Shown here in pieces: positions 1 through 10,541 of a stretch of DNA of 64,000 nt. Numbering within the stretch: the first letter of the stretch is position 1; each line of letters starts with the position of its first letter. The notes beneath the pieces are model-generated. The model ran no database searches. It was not told the DNA's origin and saw only the letters and a program-made list of their open reading frames with translations. Both the position numbers and the translations under genes were made by a program. This DNA comes from Candidatus Cloacimonadales bacterium (lineage in GTDB: Bacteria; Cloacimonadota; Cloacimonadia; Cloacimonadales; DAONDQ01), in contig OY759316.1 of NCBI GenBank assembly GCA_963662275.1, positions 1,056,001-1,120,000 on the forward strand, in the 5' to 3' direction.

Positions 1-16
1 TATGTGGTAAAAAAAT

Positions 17-96
<80 letters not shown>

Positions 97-147
97 TTCC
101 ATGAAATGCAAGACTTGAAACCTCCGCCAGACTGTCAAGTAAAACAA

Positions 148-222
<75 letters not shown>

Positions 223-248
223 TCTTAAAAAAAGAACTTCATATGGTA

Positions 249-335
249 TGGTACCAGAGACCGGACTTGAACCGGTACGGGCTTGCACCCGAGGGATTTT
301 AAGTCCCTTGTGTCTACCAATTTCACCACTCCGGC
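249..335 (-). tRNA. tRNA-Leu(TAA)
   Basis: Reverse complement GCCGGAGTGGTGAAATTGGTAGACACAAGGGACTTAAAATCCCT, long variable arm, GGTTCAAGTCC, CCA end. Confidence 0.96.
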
Positions 336-351
336 ACGCACATTAAATATT

Positions 352-425
352 TGGAGGCGACACCCGGATTTGAACCGGGGATGAGGATTTTGCAGACCCT
401 TGCCTTACCACTTGGCGATGTCGCC
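352..425 (-). tRNA. tRNA-Cys(GCA)
   Basis: Reverse complement GGCGACATCGCCAAGTGGTAAGGCAAGGGTCTGCAAAATCCT...GGTTCAAATCC...TCCA; GCA anticodon. Confidence 0.96.
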
Positions 426-426
426 T

Positions 427-501
<75 letters not shown>

Positions 502-536
502 ATACAAGTGAGCCTTTGTAAAATATAGAGTCTATT

Positions 537-542
537 TGTCAA
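537..542 (-). promoter_or_regulatory. Putative sigma70 -35 box (TTGACA) for the tRNA cluster
   Basis: Exact TTGACA on the minus strand 35 nt upstream of the first tRNA; the -10 match is weak. Confidence 0.5.
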
Positions 543-557
543 TAGAATTTTATGTTA

Positions 558-1103
558 TCATTCTTCACTAAAGATTTCCGCTTCAAAACGGAACAATCTA
601 GATGCGGGGTCTTTCCATAATTTGGGTGGTAATCCGGCATTCTTGCTTGTTTCTTCCAGGAAGCTATTGGCATCTAAATTCCACTGCAGTGATACCTGGG
701 GAAGGAGCATACCAGATCCATAAGGATGCTTCAGATATAAACCATCCCTACCGATAACGATATCTTCAGGTCCTTTGATAATGATCATTTCAGAGAGAAC
801 AGATATTTCGATTTTGATGTTTTCAAACTCATCTTTTGTAATGGGGGGGAATCTTGGGTCTCTAAAAGCTGCGGCTGGAGACATTTCGATCACGGTTTCA
901 TAGATTGATTTATAAGGAAAAACGTAGCCAATACAACCGCGTAATTTTGCTTCATAGAGAAGAGACACAAAGCAACCCGTTTTTTGTTTGTAGAATCCAT
1001 TATTTGGACATGTCTCCTCAAAAGGAGTTTGATCTAAATGACACTGGATTACTTTTCTAGCAAGAGCGAGTAAAAACTTCTTCTGTTCTGTTGAAATATC
1101 CAA
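558..1103 (-). CDS. amrA: AmmeMemoRadiSam system protein A (AMMECR1 domain)
   Basis: Motifs GCFVSL, LRGCIG, AAFRDPRFPP, EISVLS, GRDGL, LLPQV; TTG start just after amrB. Confidence 0.92.
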   Translation of the reverse strand: MDISTEQKKFLLALARKVIQCHLDQTPFEETCPNNGFYKQKTGCFVSLLYEAKLRGCIGYVFPYKSIYETVIEMSPAAAFRDPRFPPITKDEFENIKIEISVLSEMIIIKGPEDIVIGRDGLYLKHPYGSGMLLPQVSLQWNLDANSFLEETSKNAGLPPKLWKDPASRLFRFEAEIFSEE

Positions 1104-1104
1104 A

Positions 1105-1935
1105 TTAAATTCCTCCCGTGAGTATTCCGGACATATATCCTACTACTTGGCTATCATCCAGATTCACCATACCTGAATGTGAATATTGTAGAATCTTGAA
1201 AATCGGGTTCGAAAGATAATTACTCCAGGCAAGTATGGTAAAAAGTCCACCAATTCCGCAGGCCTCAATTGATCGTTCGTTAAAATGCTGATTCAGAGTT
1301 TTCTCTGAAAGTGTTTCTAAGTCATGGCAGAGAGTACTGTCCATTTTTTCTGCGATTTGTTTGGAATGATAATGAGATAAATCAGTGGAAATAATAAACA
1401 TGACTTTATCGTTTTTGCGTTCTTGTATTTCGTGAAGTATGGAAGAGAGTTTAAGACTGTTTTCAAGTGTTTGACGACCCAGAAGGATAGGGACGATTTC
1501 AATGGGAGGTTTGATGAACTTGAGGAAGGGAAGTTGAACCTCCAGTGAATGTTCTTTTTCATGAGCATAAGCGCTGAATTGGAATTCCGGATAGTTATCC
1601 AATTCAATAAGCCACTCCCTATTTACAGGGATATTCCCTAAAGGAGTTTGATAATGGCTGTATTTGCCTTGAGAAAAGGCGAATTGATTGGAATGATGAC
1701 TGGGTGCTATGATGATAGCAATATCAAAGTCCTGACCTGAAATGGCATTATATCCTGATGCTGCGCAATCACCAGAGTATATGTACCCGGCATGTGGAGT
1801 TACAATAGCGGAAATGGGATCCTGTGATGAATACTTTGGCTTTTTCGAGAGAAAATGGCTGATCTCTTGAGTTAGCGTATCAGTATCTGCAGGATAAAAC
1901 ATACCTGCAACTGCCTCATTTCGGATTGCATACAT
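1105..1935 (-). CDS. amrB: AmmeMemoRadiSam system protein B (MEMO-like dioxygenase fold)
   Basis: AVAGMFYP, PHAGYIYSG, EHSLEVQLPFL, ISTDLSHY, EACG, VVGY motifs. Confidence 0.93.
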   Translation of the reverse strand: MYAIRNEAVAGMFYPADTDTLTQEISHFLSKKPKYSSQDPISAIVTPHAGYIYSGDCAASGYNAISGQDFDIAIIIAPSHHSNQFAFSQGKYSHYQTPLGNIPVNREWLIELDNYPEFQFSAYAHEKEHSLEVQLPFLKFIKPPIEIVPILLGRQTLENSLKLSSILHEIQERKNDKVMFIISTDLSHYHSKQIAEKMDSTLCHDLETLSEKTLNQHFNERSIEACGIGGLFTILAWSNYLSNPIFKILQYSHSGMVNLDDSQVVGYMSGILTGGI

Positions 1936-2419
1936 AGTTACTCCAAATTAGAAGCTTGATTACTTCATAAATCTCATAATATTTTCAATAAATATCTATG
2001 AATTTAATTCATCAAATTTCACAGAATGAAATGTAGAAAAAATAGTCAACTAGATTATTGTATGTGGAATAAAAAAATTGTTTGTTGTTTCATCGAGCTA
2101 CAGTTTTGAAATTCTCCATAAAAGAAATATTGTCATTATTTGTTTTGAATACGAGAAATTCAAATAAATGACCAGTATCTAAGACACTGATTGTTCGAAA
2201 TTATTTTAATTAGGAAACACTCTTTATCTAGAAATAAAGGCATCTTTCAGGAGAAATCGGTAGATTTATAAAAAAAAATAAAAAAAAGGTTTGCTTTGAT
2301 TAGCAAAATATTTATTTTGTCAACTGTCATTGAAATCGAAACAGTATGATATATCCCAATGGGAAATAAATCAAAAATAAAACAAGGGTAGTAAAACCCA
2401 AAAAGAAAAGGAGAGCGAT

Positions 2420-2884
2420 ATGAAACACAAAGCTGAAAAATTCCTGGAAATCACAAACAGATTGGCAATGATGCTGAATGAACGTGATTTTTCCCAAAAA
2501 GCCTGTATCCAGGCTGGTAAGATGGAATGTGCCTTACTTCAATACCTGCATGCGGTAAAAAAACCTGTGAGTATGAATGAATTATCAAAAGAGTTAAACG
2601 TATCACACAGCCGTATTACCAGGATCATGGATAACTTGGTACAGAAAAGCTTGGTATCACGCCAGCATTCAGAAATTGATCGTCGTCGCTGGTTTGCCAC
2701 CATCACAGATGAAGGCAGAAAACTTGCAGAATTCAGCGAACAAAGTATTCTAAAGCAGCAGGAAAAAGTCCTTACGAAGTTATCTGCTGATAAAGCGGAA
2801 GGTTTGTACGAATTCTTAGAGCTTTATGTGAAAATCTATGATGAAGTATTGAAGGAAGAGGGTGCTCCAAGGAGTGACTTCTAA
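2420..2884 (+). CDS. MarR family transcriptional regulator
   Basis: Winged-HTH pattern SMNELSKEL..SRITRIMDNLVQKSLVSR..DRR..ITDEGR; SD AAGGAG. Confidence 0.9.
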   Translation: MKHKAEKFLEITNRLAMMLNERDFSQKACIQAGKMECALLQYLHAVKKPVSMNELSKELNVSHSRITRIMDNLVQKSLVSRQHSEIDRRRWFATITDEGRKLAEFSEQSILKQQEKVLTKLSADKAEGLYEFLELYVKIYDEVLKEEGAPRSDF

Positions 2885-3302
2885 AGCTACTATCCAATGG
2901 AAGGGTGGTATGCAATTTGATACTGATATCAATGGACATCAGATCACTTTGGATGCCACTCCTGAATTTGGTGGGAACGGTGAAGGTTCCACACCAAAGC
3001 CTTTACTCCTGGTTTCTTTAGCAGGATGTACAGGTATGGATGTTGTCTCTTTACTGAAAAAGATGCATGTGGATAATTTTCAAATGTGGATTGAAGTTGA
3101 AGGTGAGCTGACGGAAGAACATCCGGTCATCTATCATACGATTCATCTTCATTATCATTTCACAATGGAACATATCGCACATAAATTTATCACGCGTGCC
3201 ATTGAATTATCGCAGACAAGATATTGCGGTGTGTACGCTATGCTTAGTAAATCATCACATATTCTGACAAAAATATTTGTCAACGATAAGGAGATAGCAT
3301 GA
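2862..3302 (+). CDS. OsmC/YhfA family protein
   Basis: PKPLLLVSLAGCTGMDVVSLLKK and SQTRYCGV two-Cys pattern; exact start uncertain. Confidence 0.88.
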   Translation: MLQGVTSKATIQWKGGMQFDTDINGHQITLDATPEFGGNGEGSTPKPLLLVSLAGCTGMDVVSLLKKMHVDNFQMWIEVEGELTEEHPVIYHTIHLHYHFTMEHIAHKFITRAIELSQTRYCGVYAMLSKSSHILTKIFVNDKEIA

Positions 3303-3778
3303 AGCAATTAACCATTATCTTACTAATTTTCATGACGATTATGCCAATCATGTTGTTTTCCAAGCAGGCAGCAGATAAGGCTACTACAGAAAAAAACATT
3401 TGGTTTACAGATTTTGATCAAGCTATGAAGGTTGCTCAAGCTCGGAATGTGCCAATATTAATCGATTTCACTGGTTCAGATTGGTGTATCTGGTGTAAAA
3501 AATTAACGTCAGAAGTTTTCGACAAAAAAGTCTTCACTGATTATGCAAAGAAGAATCTGGTTCTCTTGAAAATTGACTTTCCTCGCGCCATACCACAAAC
3601 AGTGGCTGAAAAAAAGAAGAATCAGGAGCTGCAACAGAAGTACAAAGTTGAAGGTTATCCATCAATCATCCTGGTTAATGCTTCCGGTACGGAGATAAAC
3701 AGAACAGGATATCAAACTGGTGGACCAGTTAAGTATGTTAATCATATCAAAGATTTATTAAGCAAACAATCTGAATAA
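3299..3778 (+). CDS. Exported thioredoxin-family protein (DsbH-like)
   Basis: Signal peptide; FTGSDWCIWCKKL CxxC; cis-Pro loop VEGYPS. Confidence 0.88.
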   Translation: MKQLTIILLIFMTIMPIMLFSKQAADKATTEKNIWFTDFDQAMKVAQARNVPILIDFTGSDWCIWCKKLTSEVFDKKVFTDYAKKNLVLLKIDFPRAIPQTVAEKKKNQELQQKYKVEGYPSIILVNASGTEINRTGYQTGGPVKYVNHIKDLLSKQSE

Positions 3779-3797
3779 AAAAAGATTAGCAAGTTAT

Positions 3798-3822
3798 GCC
3801 CGGTGATGACCGGGCTTTTTTT
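3798..3822 (+). terminator. Rho-independent terminator
   Basis: GCCCGGT-GATG-ACCGGGC followed by T7. Confidence 0.85.
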
Positions 3823-3946
3823 ATAATCAGATCGGAGGTAATGATGATATCCGTTTCAATTAAAATATTCCTTGACCGTACTGTTTTGTTTTCAATATCT
3901 AAGACAATCATAAATTCAAGCAGTAGTGAATTCAGTGGAGAGTATA

Positions 3947-4234
3947 ATGAATATACGTTTTAGAGATGTTTCTTCCGGAATCGTAGAAGCCCGGGCGGTC
4001 ATAGAATTTGGTAACGGTGTTTTTATCAATGAGGTTACAATTCTTAACAGAGAAAATCAATTTGAAGTGGAATTACCTCAGAAAGGTTTTAAAGGAAAAG
4101 ATGCTAAAATGCACTATATTGACATTATCACTTTTGAAAATGAGGATAAGAAAGTTCTGTTTGAGTTGGAGGTAAAGGAAGCATTTTTGGAATGGCGAAG
4201 GGAAAATAAAAAAGTATTGGTGTATGAAGCCTGA
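3947..4234 (+). CDS. SpoVG-like small nucleic-acid-binding protein
   Basis: Pattern ARAVIEF..VFINEVTIL..VELPQK..YIDII resembles SpoVG (A.VSVTF..FVVHDIKVI..IAMPSRK..FKDI); ATG 3947 follows GGAG. Confidence 0.55.
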   Translation: MNIRFRDVSSGIVEARAVIEFGNGVFINEVTILNRENQFEVELPQKGFKGKDAKMHYIDIITFENEDKKVLFELEVKEAFLEWRRENKKVLVYEA

Positions 4235-5525
4235 TAGTAAAGTACGTGCCTTCCTCGTTAGTGTTTGTGAAAAAAATGAACAGAAACGCGATCATTTTCA
4301 AGAGAGTCTCGATGAATTAGAACTTCTTGCGGGTACCGTGAATGTTGATGTTGTTAACAAGTTTGTTCAGTCTCTAGATAAACCAAATAATAAGACATAT
4401 GTCGGATCAGGTAAGTTAAAGGAAATTAAGCAGCATTTGAGTGAAGCAAGTGTAGATACATTAATCTTTAATGATAATCTCACCCCAGCACAAGCAAAGA
4501 ACATCACATCTGTGACTCATTGCAATGTTGTTGATCGAACTGAATTGATCCTGGATATTTTTGCTATGCATGCCCGGACAAACTCTTCCAAACTACAAGT
4601 TGAACTAGCACAACTGGAATATAATTACTCCAAGCTACGTAATCTTTGGCAGCATTTGTCTCGTATTGAGGGTGGAATTGGTATGCGTGGACCTGGTGAA
4701 AAACAGATCGAAATTGATAGAAGGACAATCAAAAAGCGTATTTCCATCTTAAAGGGCAGGTTGAAGGAAATTCAGCAGAATGAATTGACAAAAAGGAAAA
4801 CAAGGGATACTCAGTTTACTGTTGCAATTGCCGGATATACAAATGCCGGTAAATCAACTTTATTCAATAGATTGACACGTTCAGATGTGTTTGTTGCAGA
4901 TCAGCTCTTTGCGACTTTGGATGCAACGACTAGACGCTTGAGACTCCCCAATGGAAATGAAGTTGTACTGACAGATACGATAGGTTTTATCAAAAACTTA
5001 CCTCATACATTAATATCATCGTTCTATGCTACTTTACTTGAAGTTGTTGAAGCTGATCTGATATTGCATGTCATTGACTTCAGTAATTTTCAAATGCAAG
5101 ATAATATCCGGTCAGTTGCTGAAGTGCTGAAGGAAATTAAAGCTGATCAGACAGATACAATTTATGTGTTTAATAAATGGGATGCTGTGGATGGAGTGGG
5201 GAAGATGTTTCTCAGGAAACAAATGCAGATGCAATATCATAACGCTGTGTTTATTTCTGCAAAAACAGGTGAAAATATACAGGATTTGATCCAGATGATT
5301 AACCAGAACCTGGAACGAAGAGTCAATTCAAGCCAAGTTAGAATTCCGGAGGAAATGGATAAACTACTCGCTTTTATCATGAAACAAACGGAAGTAATAG
5401 ATGCTGATTTTGATGAAGAATCAAAAGAATATGTTGTGCATCTTATTACCTCATCAAGTTTGTTAAAAAATATCAAAGAACAAGTTGACAATTTTAAAGA
5501 ACAAAAATATATAATGTCTCATTAA
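4224..5525 (+). CDS. hflX: GTPase HflX
   Basis: DRTELILDIFA, LQVELAQLEY, RGPGEKQIEIDRR, GYTNAGKST, LFATLD, DTIGFI, NKWD. Confidence 0.97.
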   Translation: MKPDSKVRAFLVSVCEKNEQKRDHFQESLDELELLAGTVNVDVVNKFVQSLDKPNNKTYVGSGKLKEIKQHLSEASVDTLIFNDNLTPAQAKNITSVTHCNVVDRTELILDIFAMHARTNSSKLQVELAQLEYNYSKLRNLWQHLSRIEGGIGMRGPGEKQIEIDRRTIKKRISILKGRLKEIQQNELTKRKTRDTQFTVAIAGYTNAGKSTLFNRLTRSDVFVADQLFATLDATTRRLRLPNGNEVVLTDTIGFIKNLPHTLISSFYATLLEVVEADLILHVIDFSNFQMQDNIRSVAEVLKEIKADQTDTIYVFNKWDAVDGVGKMFLRKQMQMQYHNAVFISAKTGENIQDLIQMINQNLERRVNSSQVRIPEEMDKLLAFIMKQTEVIDADFDEESKEYVVHLITSSSLLKNIKEQVDNFKEQKYIMSH

Positions 5526-5568
5526 TTCAGATAACCAATATGATGTAAATATAAAAAATGGAGGAATT

Positions 5569-6789
5569 ATGATTCGTGATCTTGATGAAATCTTATCAGT
5601 AAACATCAAAAGTATGAAACGCTCAGCAATTCGTGAATTGCTCAAACTGATCAGTCGACCAGAGATCATCTCATTTGCCGGAGGATTACCTTCTCCTGAT
5701 TCTTTTGCCGTGGAAGAACTCAAGGAAGTTATTGCCGGTGTCATGGAAAAAGAAGCAGCTTTTGCGCTTCAGTATGGTGCCACAGAAGGCGATACACTCT
5801 TACGAGAATTATTAGTTACCCGTTATCGTTCTCTCGGTATGGATATCACCATTGATAACTTGGTGATTGTAACAGCATCTCAGCAAGCGTTAGACTTGAT
5901 ATGCAAAATGTTCCTCAATCGTGGAGATAAAGTCATCGTTGAATTACCATCTTATCTTGGCGGTTTAAGTGCAATCAATTCCTATGGGGGAGAACCGATT
6001 GGGATACCTGTAGATGACAACGGAATGAGAGCAGACCTTTTAGAAAAGAAATTGGCAGAAATGAAGAAACATGGTGAAAAGCCAAAATTTATTTATATCA
6101 TCCCGGATTTCCAGAATCCAGCCGGTGTAACAATGGGTGAAGCACGTCGTACTGAAATTCTTGCCATTGCACATAAATATGATGTGCTTATCCTGGAAGA
6201 TAGTCCCTATCGTGAGCTTCGTTATGAAGGCAAACATCAGCGTACCCTTTATGAGATGGATGGTACAGGACAAGTGATTATGATCTGCACTTTCTCAAAA
6301 ACATTTGTACCTGGCTTCCGTATTGGTTGGGTCATTGCTGATCCAGCCATCAATGACAAGATAGTTCTTGGCAAGCAGGCAGCAGACTTATGCACACCTG
6401 CTTTTACGCAAAGAATTGCTGCTCGTTATATGGAAAAAGGATACCTCGATTCAAAGATCAAGGATATCATAGACCAATATCGTATCAAGAAGAACGTGAT
6501 GCTTGAGTCTTTAGAGAAGTATATGCCGGAAGGTGTAACCTGGACAAAACCGGAAGGTGGATTGTTCCTTCAGTTATCATGTCCTGAATATATGGATACA
6601 AGTGATCTGCTTATCAAAGCAATTGACCAGGAGAAAGTGGCTTTTGTTGCTGGAACATCATTCTATTGTGATGGTTCCGGTTTGAACACCATGCGTTTGA
6701 ATTTCTCTTATACATCGATCGATAAAACAAGAGAAGGTATCAAGCGTTTAGCAAATGTAATAAAACAGGAAATGAAAGCTAGTAAATAG
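5569..6789 (+). CDS. PLP-dependent class I aminotransferase (2-aminoadipate/aromatic transaminase-like)
   Basis: SAIRELLK, ISFAGGLP, ALQYG, PDFQNPAG, EDSPY, TFSKTFVPGFRIGW, MRLNFS. Confidence 0.9.
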   Translation: MIRDLDEILSVNIKSMKRSAIRELLKLISRPEIISFAGGLPSPDSFAVEELKEVIAGVMEKEAAFALQYGATEGDTLLRELLVTRYRSLGMDITIDNLVIVTASQQALDLICKMFLNRGDKVIVELPSYLGGLSAINSYGGEPIGIPVDDNGMRADLLEKKLAEMKKHGEKPKFIYIIPDFQNPAGVTMGEARRTEILAIAHKYDVLILEDSPYRELRYEGKHQRTLYEMDGTGQVIMICTFSKTFVPGFRIGWVIADPAINDKIVLGKQAADLCTPAFTQRIAARYMEKGYLDSKIKDIIDQYRIKKNVMLESLEKYMPEGVTWTKPEGGLFLQLSCPEYMDTSDLLIKAIDQEKVAFVAGTSFYCDGSGLNTMRLNFSYTSIDKTREGIKRLANVIKQEMKASK

Positions 6790-6804
6790 ATAAATCAATG
6801 AATG

Positions 6805-6838
6805 AAAAAAGGCGAATGAATTACTCATTCGCCTTTTT
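6805..6838. terminator. Bidirectional intrinsic terminator
   Basis: AAAAAAGGCGAATGA-ATTAC-TCATTCGCCTTTTT between convergent genes. Confidence 0.85.
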
Positions 6839-6843
6839 ATTAT

Positions 6844-6873
6844 GTAGGGATAGACCCACGTGTCTATCCCTAC
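6844..6873. repeat. GTAG-type REP, family A
   Basis: GTAGGGATAGAC-CCACGT-GTCTATCCCTAC palindrome; recurs at 7776 and 14621. Confidence 0.85.
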
Positions 6874-6877
6874 AATA

Positions 6878-7750
6878 TTACAATAATTGGAATGCGATAC
6901 CTAATCCTAATGTTTCTTTAAACTGGACTGCTTTTTCCTGTTCTTTGTTATAGAGCATTTCCAAGTATAAGTTCAAAGTAATTACTTTGTAGATTTTCAT
7001 GCCAAAGGTATTTTCCCAAGTGAAGTCAGTAGTTTTCCAGTCATTATTCAAATCCTTTGATTTTGAATTGTAGAGAGCCTGGAATATTTGTAATCGGCTA
7101 TTAAAAGTGAGTTCTTTGGGTTTATAGATTTGATTATAAACTGCTACAAATTCGATACCTGCATCACTTTCAGTAGTGGTTTTTCTTTCCATGGTGACCG
7201 TATTCAATTTATCACGATCAACTCTCTGACGAACCGCAGCGCCAAGCCTGGTATTGAGTGTATGATCTTCATTGGTGATGATCGTACGTGCCATACCTGC
7301 TGCTTCAGTAAACTGGGAGGGATTTAGCATCCTTGTTTTGGCTGGATCTGAAAAATCAACGAACTGGCTCTCCATTCTCCCACTGATAAAGGGGTCAACA
7401 TAAGCATGTAAGGTGAAACGGAAAATGGTTTCAAAGTCAATTTTATCAGTTGTTTTTTCAGGTTTATCCCAATAACGTTTTCCCATGGCATCTAATTTTT
7501 GAGAATGAGTTTGTCCGAACGCAAGCTTCAAGGTGTTTTTACTGAGGATTAAATCTGAGATTTGTTTATCAGCAGTTGTATTTGAAGTGGAAGCCCAGGA
7601 AATGCTTCCGAGTTCTGTACCTGCCCAATTATTGCTATAGGCATTCTGGGTAAGTGATAAATTAAAATTGGATTGATACTTCCAGTTTTCTGCACTCAAA
7701 GCAGCAGAGAGCAACACAAATATACAAATAATCGTAACATGCATTTTCAT
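6878..7750 (-). CDS. DUF3078-like outer-membrane beta-barrel protein
   Basis: Signal peptide; LTQNAYSNNWAG, TDKIDFET; C-terminal QFKETLGLGIAFQLL amphipathic strand. Confidence 0.65.
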   Translation of the reverse strand: MKMHVTIICIFVLLSAALSAENWKYQSNFNLSLTQNAYSNNWAGTELGSISWASTSNTTADKQISDLILSKNTLKLAFGQTHSQKLDAMGKRYWDKPEKTTDKIDFETIFRFTLHAYVDPFISGRMESQFVDFSDPAKTRMLNPSQFTEAAGMARTIITNEDHTLNTRLGAAVRQRVDRDKLNTVTMERKTTTESDAGIEFVAVYNQIYKPKELTFNSRLQIFQALYNSKSKDLNNDWKTTDFTWENTFGMKIYKVITLNLYLEMLYNKEQEKAVQFKETLGLGIAFQLL

Positions 7751-7775
7751 AAATCCTCCTTTTGGATATTTTCTT

Positions 7776-7854
7776 GTAGGGATAGACCCACGTGTCTATC
7801 CTCTTAGAGAAAAATCATTTTGCATATTGGATAGACACATGGGTCTATCCCTAC
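7776..7854. repeat. REP doublet (REPIN-like), family A
   Basis: GTAGGGATAGACCCACGTGTCTATCC, spacer, then inverted GGATAGACACATGGGTCTATCCCTAC. Confidence 0.85.
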
Positions 7855-8622
7855 CTATACATTAAGCTCGCGATCTAAAGCCAGTTTGACATTTTCTATT
7901 GTTTCATACATGACTTTTGTATGATCAGCGGTTCTAACGTATAAGTGTACTGCAAGATTCACATTATCTCCGGCGAGTTCCAACACAAAAATATTTGCAG
8001 GTGGACTCTTAAGAATTCGTTCATCCTGATCAAGAACAGCTTTGATAATATTCTTGGCTTTTTGAAGATCATCTTTTTTTGCAATACTGAAAACCAGATC
8101 AACACGCCTTACTGGCATTGCAGATAAATTGATGATGATATCTGATGTGATCTTTGCATTTGGAATTATAATCTTCTTGTTATCGGGAGACAACAAGATG
8201 GATGTGAAAATCTGTATTTCGTCAACTTTACCAGTAATACTGCCCACTTGTATCGTATCACCAACATTGAATGGACGAAAAATCAGGATCATTACACCTG
8301 CTGCAAAATTTGATAGTGAACCTTGTAATGCCAAGCCAATGGCTAAGCCTGCCGCTCCAATCATAGCAACGAAGGAAGTGGTCTGTATTCCAATTTTTCC
8401 GATAGCAGCAATCACCACAAAGATCATAATCGTTGTGAAAGTAAGGTTTGTGGTAAAAGTAGCAAGGGTAAGACTCATTTTAGATTTATGAGCTATTTTA
8501 CGTACGGTTTTCGATAATAGATGGGCAATAATCCAACCAATTACCAGGATCAGTATAGCTGCGAAAAGCTTTGGTACAAAAAGCAACAACTTTGATATAA
8601 TTGTGTTATAATCTATATTCAT
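7855..8622 (-). CDS. mscS: Small-conductance mechanosensitive channel
   Basis: GAAGLAIGLALQGSLSNFAAGVMILIFRPFNVGD, IPNAKI, RRVDL. Confidence 0.93.
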   Translation of the reverse strand: MNIDYNTIISKLLLFVPKLFAAILILVIGWIIAHLLSKTVRKIAHKSKMSLTLATFTTNLTFTTIMIFVVIAAIGKIGIQTTSFVAMIGAAGLAIGLALQGSLSNFAAGVMILIFRPFNVGDTIQVGSITGKVDEIQIFTSILLSPDNKKIIIPNAKITSDIIINLSAMPVRRVDLVFSIAKKDDLQKAKNIIKAVLDQDERILKSPPANIFVLELAGDNVNLAVHLYVRTADHTKVMYETIENVKLALDRELNV

Positions 8623-8721
8623 AAATCCTCCATATTAGTTCATTATTATCTGATGATCGGGATATTTATGTGCTTTTACAATCTAAATATATCCATACTT
8701 CGTCAGATGTACAGTTAGCAT

Positions 8722-10515
8722 TTACTTCAGAAGTATCATTTTTTTAGTTATAGATTCCTTTCCTGCTGATAAACTATACAAATATACACCTGAAGCTAAC
8801 TTTCTTCCTTTCTTATCCGTTCCGTCCCATTGGTATGCATGGTTTCCCTTCGCTTGAAATTCATTCTTCAATTGGTTCACTAACTCTCCTTTAATATTGT
8901 AAATACTCAAAGTAACCCGGGTTTGTTTCTGAAGTTCATAGCTGATACTAGTTATTGTTGAGAAGGGATTAGGGTAATTGCTGGATTTCAGGATTGAACT
9001 GATGGATGTCTGATGTTCGTCATCATTAATAACAGCACTTTGATATTGAATAGGTACGTCAATAGCCGTATTATCCAGGATGATCCTGAGATTAGTCTGA
9101 TACAGATTACCTGTATTTATGCTCTGTGTTTGCGGTATCAATACGATATGAGTACTATCTCCGAGTGTTAGTATCGTGGGAAATGGATCATGTTCAACTA
9201 CCCAGGTTATGCCTGCAAACGATGAATCAAACAAACAGTCTTCAATCATCACTTCCGCTTCATTGAAGACATCCTGAATGGCGATACTAAATGGTTGATT
9301 CATTTGTAATGATGTTGGGATTATCAAAGTATCTGGTGAAACCCTGATATATTGGACAGGTCTGATATCAACAATGGCTCCTTCAATCATAGTAAATCCA
9401 AACGGCAGGTCATCAGGCAGTAGATACCAACCATCGTAAGCAGAAGCATAACCGAAATTCAAATGATAAAATTCATTCGTATTATATCCATCAACCACTA
9501 CATTATGTCCCGATCTTTGATCTGTTGATTCAATAGCAAGATGCACCGGCATTGCATTCATGATATTTTCCGAAATGCTTGTGTACATCTCAGCGTTCTC
9601 TTCAGTCAGTAGTTGCGCCGTACTAAAGTGAAACCTCAGGTAAGCCTGATGAGCTTGATTGACACTAAATGTTCCCGAACCTTCAGAAGTAAATACCTGG
9701 TTAGCAGCCGCCCCACAAGCAAATGCTAATGCAGCTTCATCAGAATCAGTTATTTCTTCCTGGTAGCGATAATGATGCATCATTATTTGAAGATACTGAT
9801 TCAATTCTGGAAAAGAAGGGAATGAATATGTTGCGAAGTCATCATCTATCCAGTAATTATTACCTGCGTAAATATGATGATAATCATCTACATCAGTGAA
9901 GCTCATTCCATTGATGGAAGCGTAATAACTGACGATTTGCCCCATAGCAATAGCAGGACATCCAGCAAGACTGCGGATTCCAGTAACCAAATCCATGGGG
10001 CAGAACATATTATAAGGAGCGCTTTGTGTCCATTGCGTTTTTATCCATCCACCAGATGCTGTTGTTCCTTCAGGAGGCCATTGCTGGAAGCGCTGCTGTT
10101 GTCGATTTTCAAAAAGATTTACCCATGCCTCATGGTGTCTGGATATTACATTCCGTGGTACCGAATTCAGATTGTTTATCCTTAGTTCCAGATCATGAAT
10201 GATAATATCTTCCAGTATGTTATCCTGATTCGAAGAGTCGTTGAACGTCGAAGTTGTGGAATAGGCTAAGACGGGTGGAAGCTCATCATCTCCTGAAATT
10301 ACTATATAGCCAATAGGTGCCAGATGATACACATACGCTAGCAATCTATCACACTTCTGAATACTGGAAGTTCTTGAAATTGTGAGATGAGTTGCCTGAT
10401 CTATTCTCGACAGATGTCTTACGGCAGCTATCCGTGCTTTTGAACTGTCAATCGGAATTGCGTAGAGATGACTTAGTATGAATATGCACAAGATAATAGA
10501 GTAAATTTTAAACAT
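8722..10515 (-). CDS. Secreted C10 (streptopain-like) cysteine peptidase with propeptide and C-terminal FlgD-Ig/T9SS-type domain
   Basis: Propeptide GYIVISGDDELPPVLAYS; TQWTQSAPYN; catalytic GCPAIAMGQ and GHNVVVDGY; FYHLNFG; NYPNPF..IYNIKGELV..WDG..KMILLK. Confidence 0.88.
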   Translation of the reverse strand: MFKIYSIILCIFILSHLYAIPIDSSKARIAAVRHLSRIDQATHLTISRTSSIQKCDRLLAYVYHLAPIGYIVISGDDELPPVLAYSTTSTFNDSSNQDNILEDIIIHDLELRINNLNSVPRNVISRHHEAWVNLFENRQQQRFQQWPPEGTTASGGWIKTQWTQSAPYNMFCPMDLVTGIRSLAGCPAIAMGQIVSYYASINGMSFTDVDDYHHIYAGNNYWIDDDFATYSFPSFPELNQYLQIMMHHYRYQEEITDSDEAALAFACGAAANQVFTSEGSGTFSVNQAHQAYLRFHFSTAQLLTEENAEMYTSISENIMNAMPVHLAIESTDQRSGHNVVVDGYNTNEFYHLNFGYASAYDGWYLLPDDLPFGFTMIEGAIVDIRPVQYIRVSPDTLIIPTSLQMNQPFSIAIQDVFNEAEVMIEDCLFDSSFAGITWVVEHDPFPTILTLGDSTHIVLIPQTQSINTGNLYQTNLRIILDNTAIDVPIQYQSAVINDDEHQTSISSILKSSNYPNPFSTITSISYELQKQTRVTLSIYNIKGELVNQLKNEFQAKGNHAYQWDGTDKKGRKLASGVYLYSLSAGKESITKKMILLK

Positions 10516-10541
10516 ACAATTCTGTATTCCTTACATGCCTC

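Noticed and set aside
2290..2307. TTTGCT-N6-AGCAAA as a MarR operator
   Set aside because: Short inverted repeat in very AT-rich DNA, single occurrence; plausible but unsupported.
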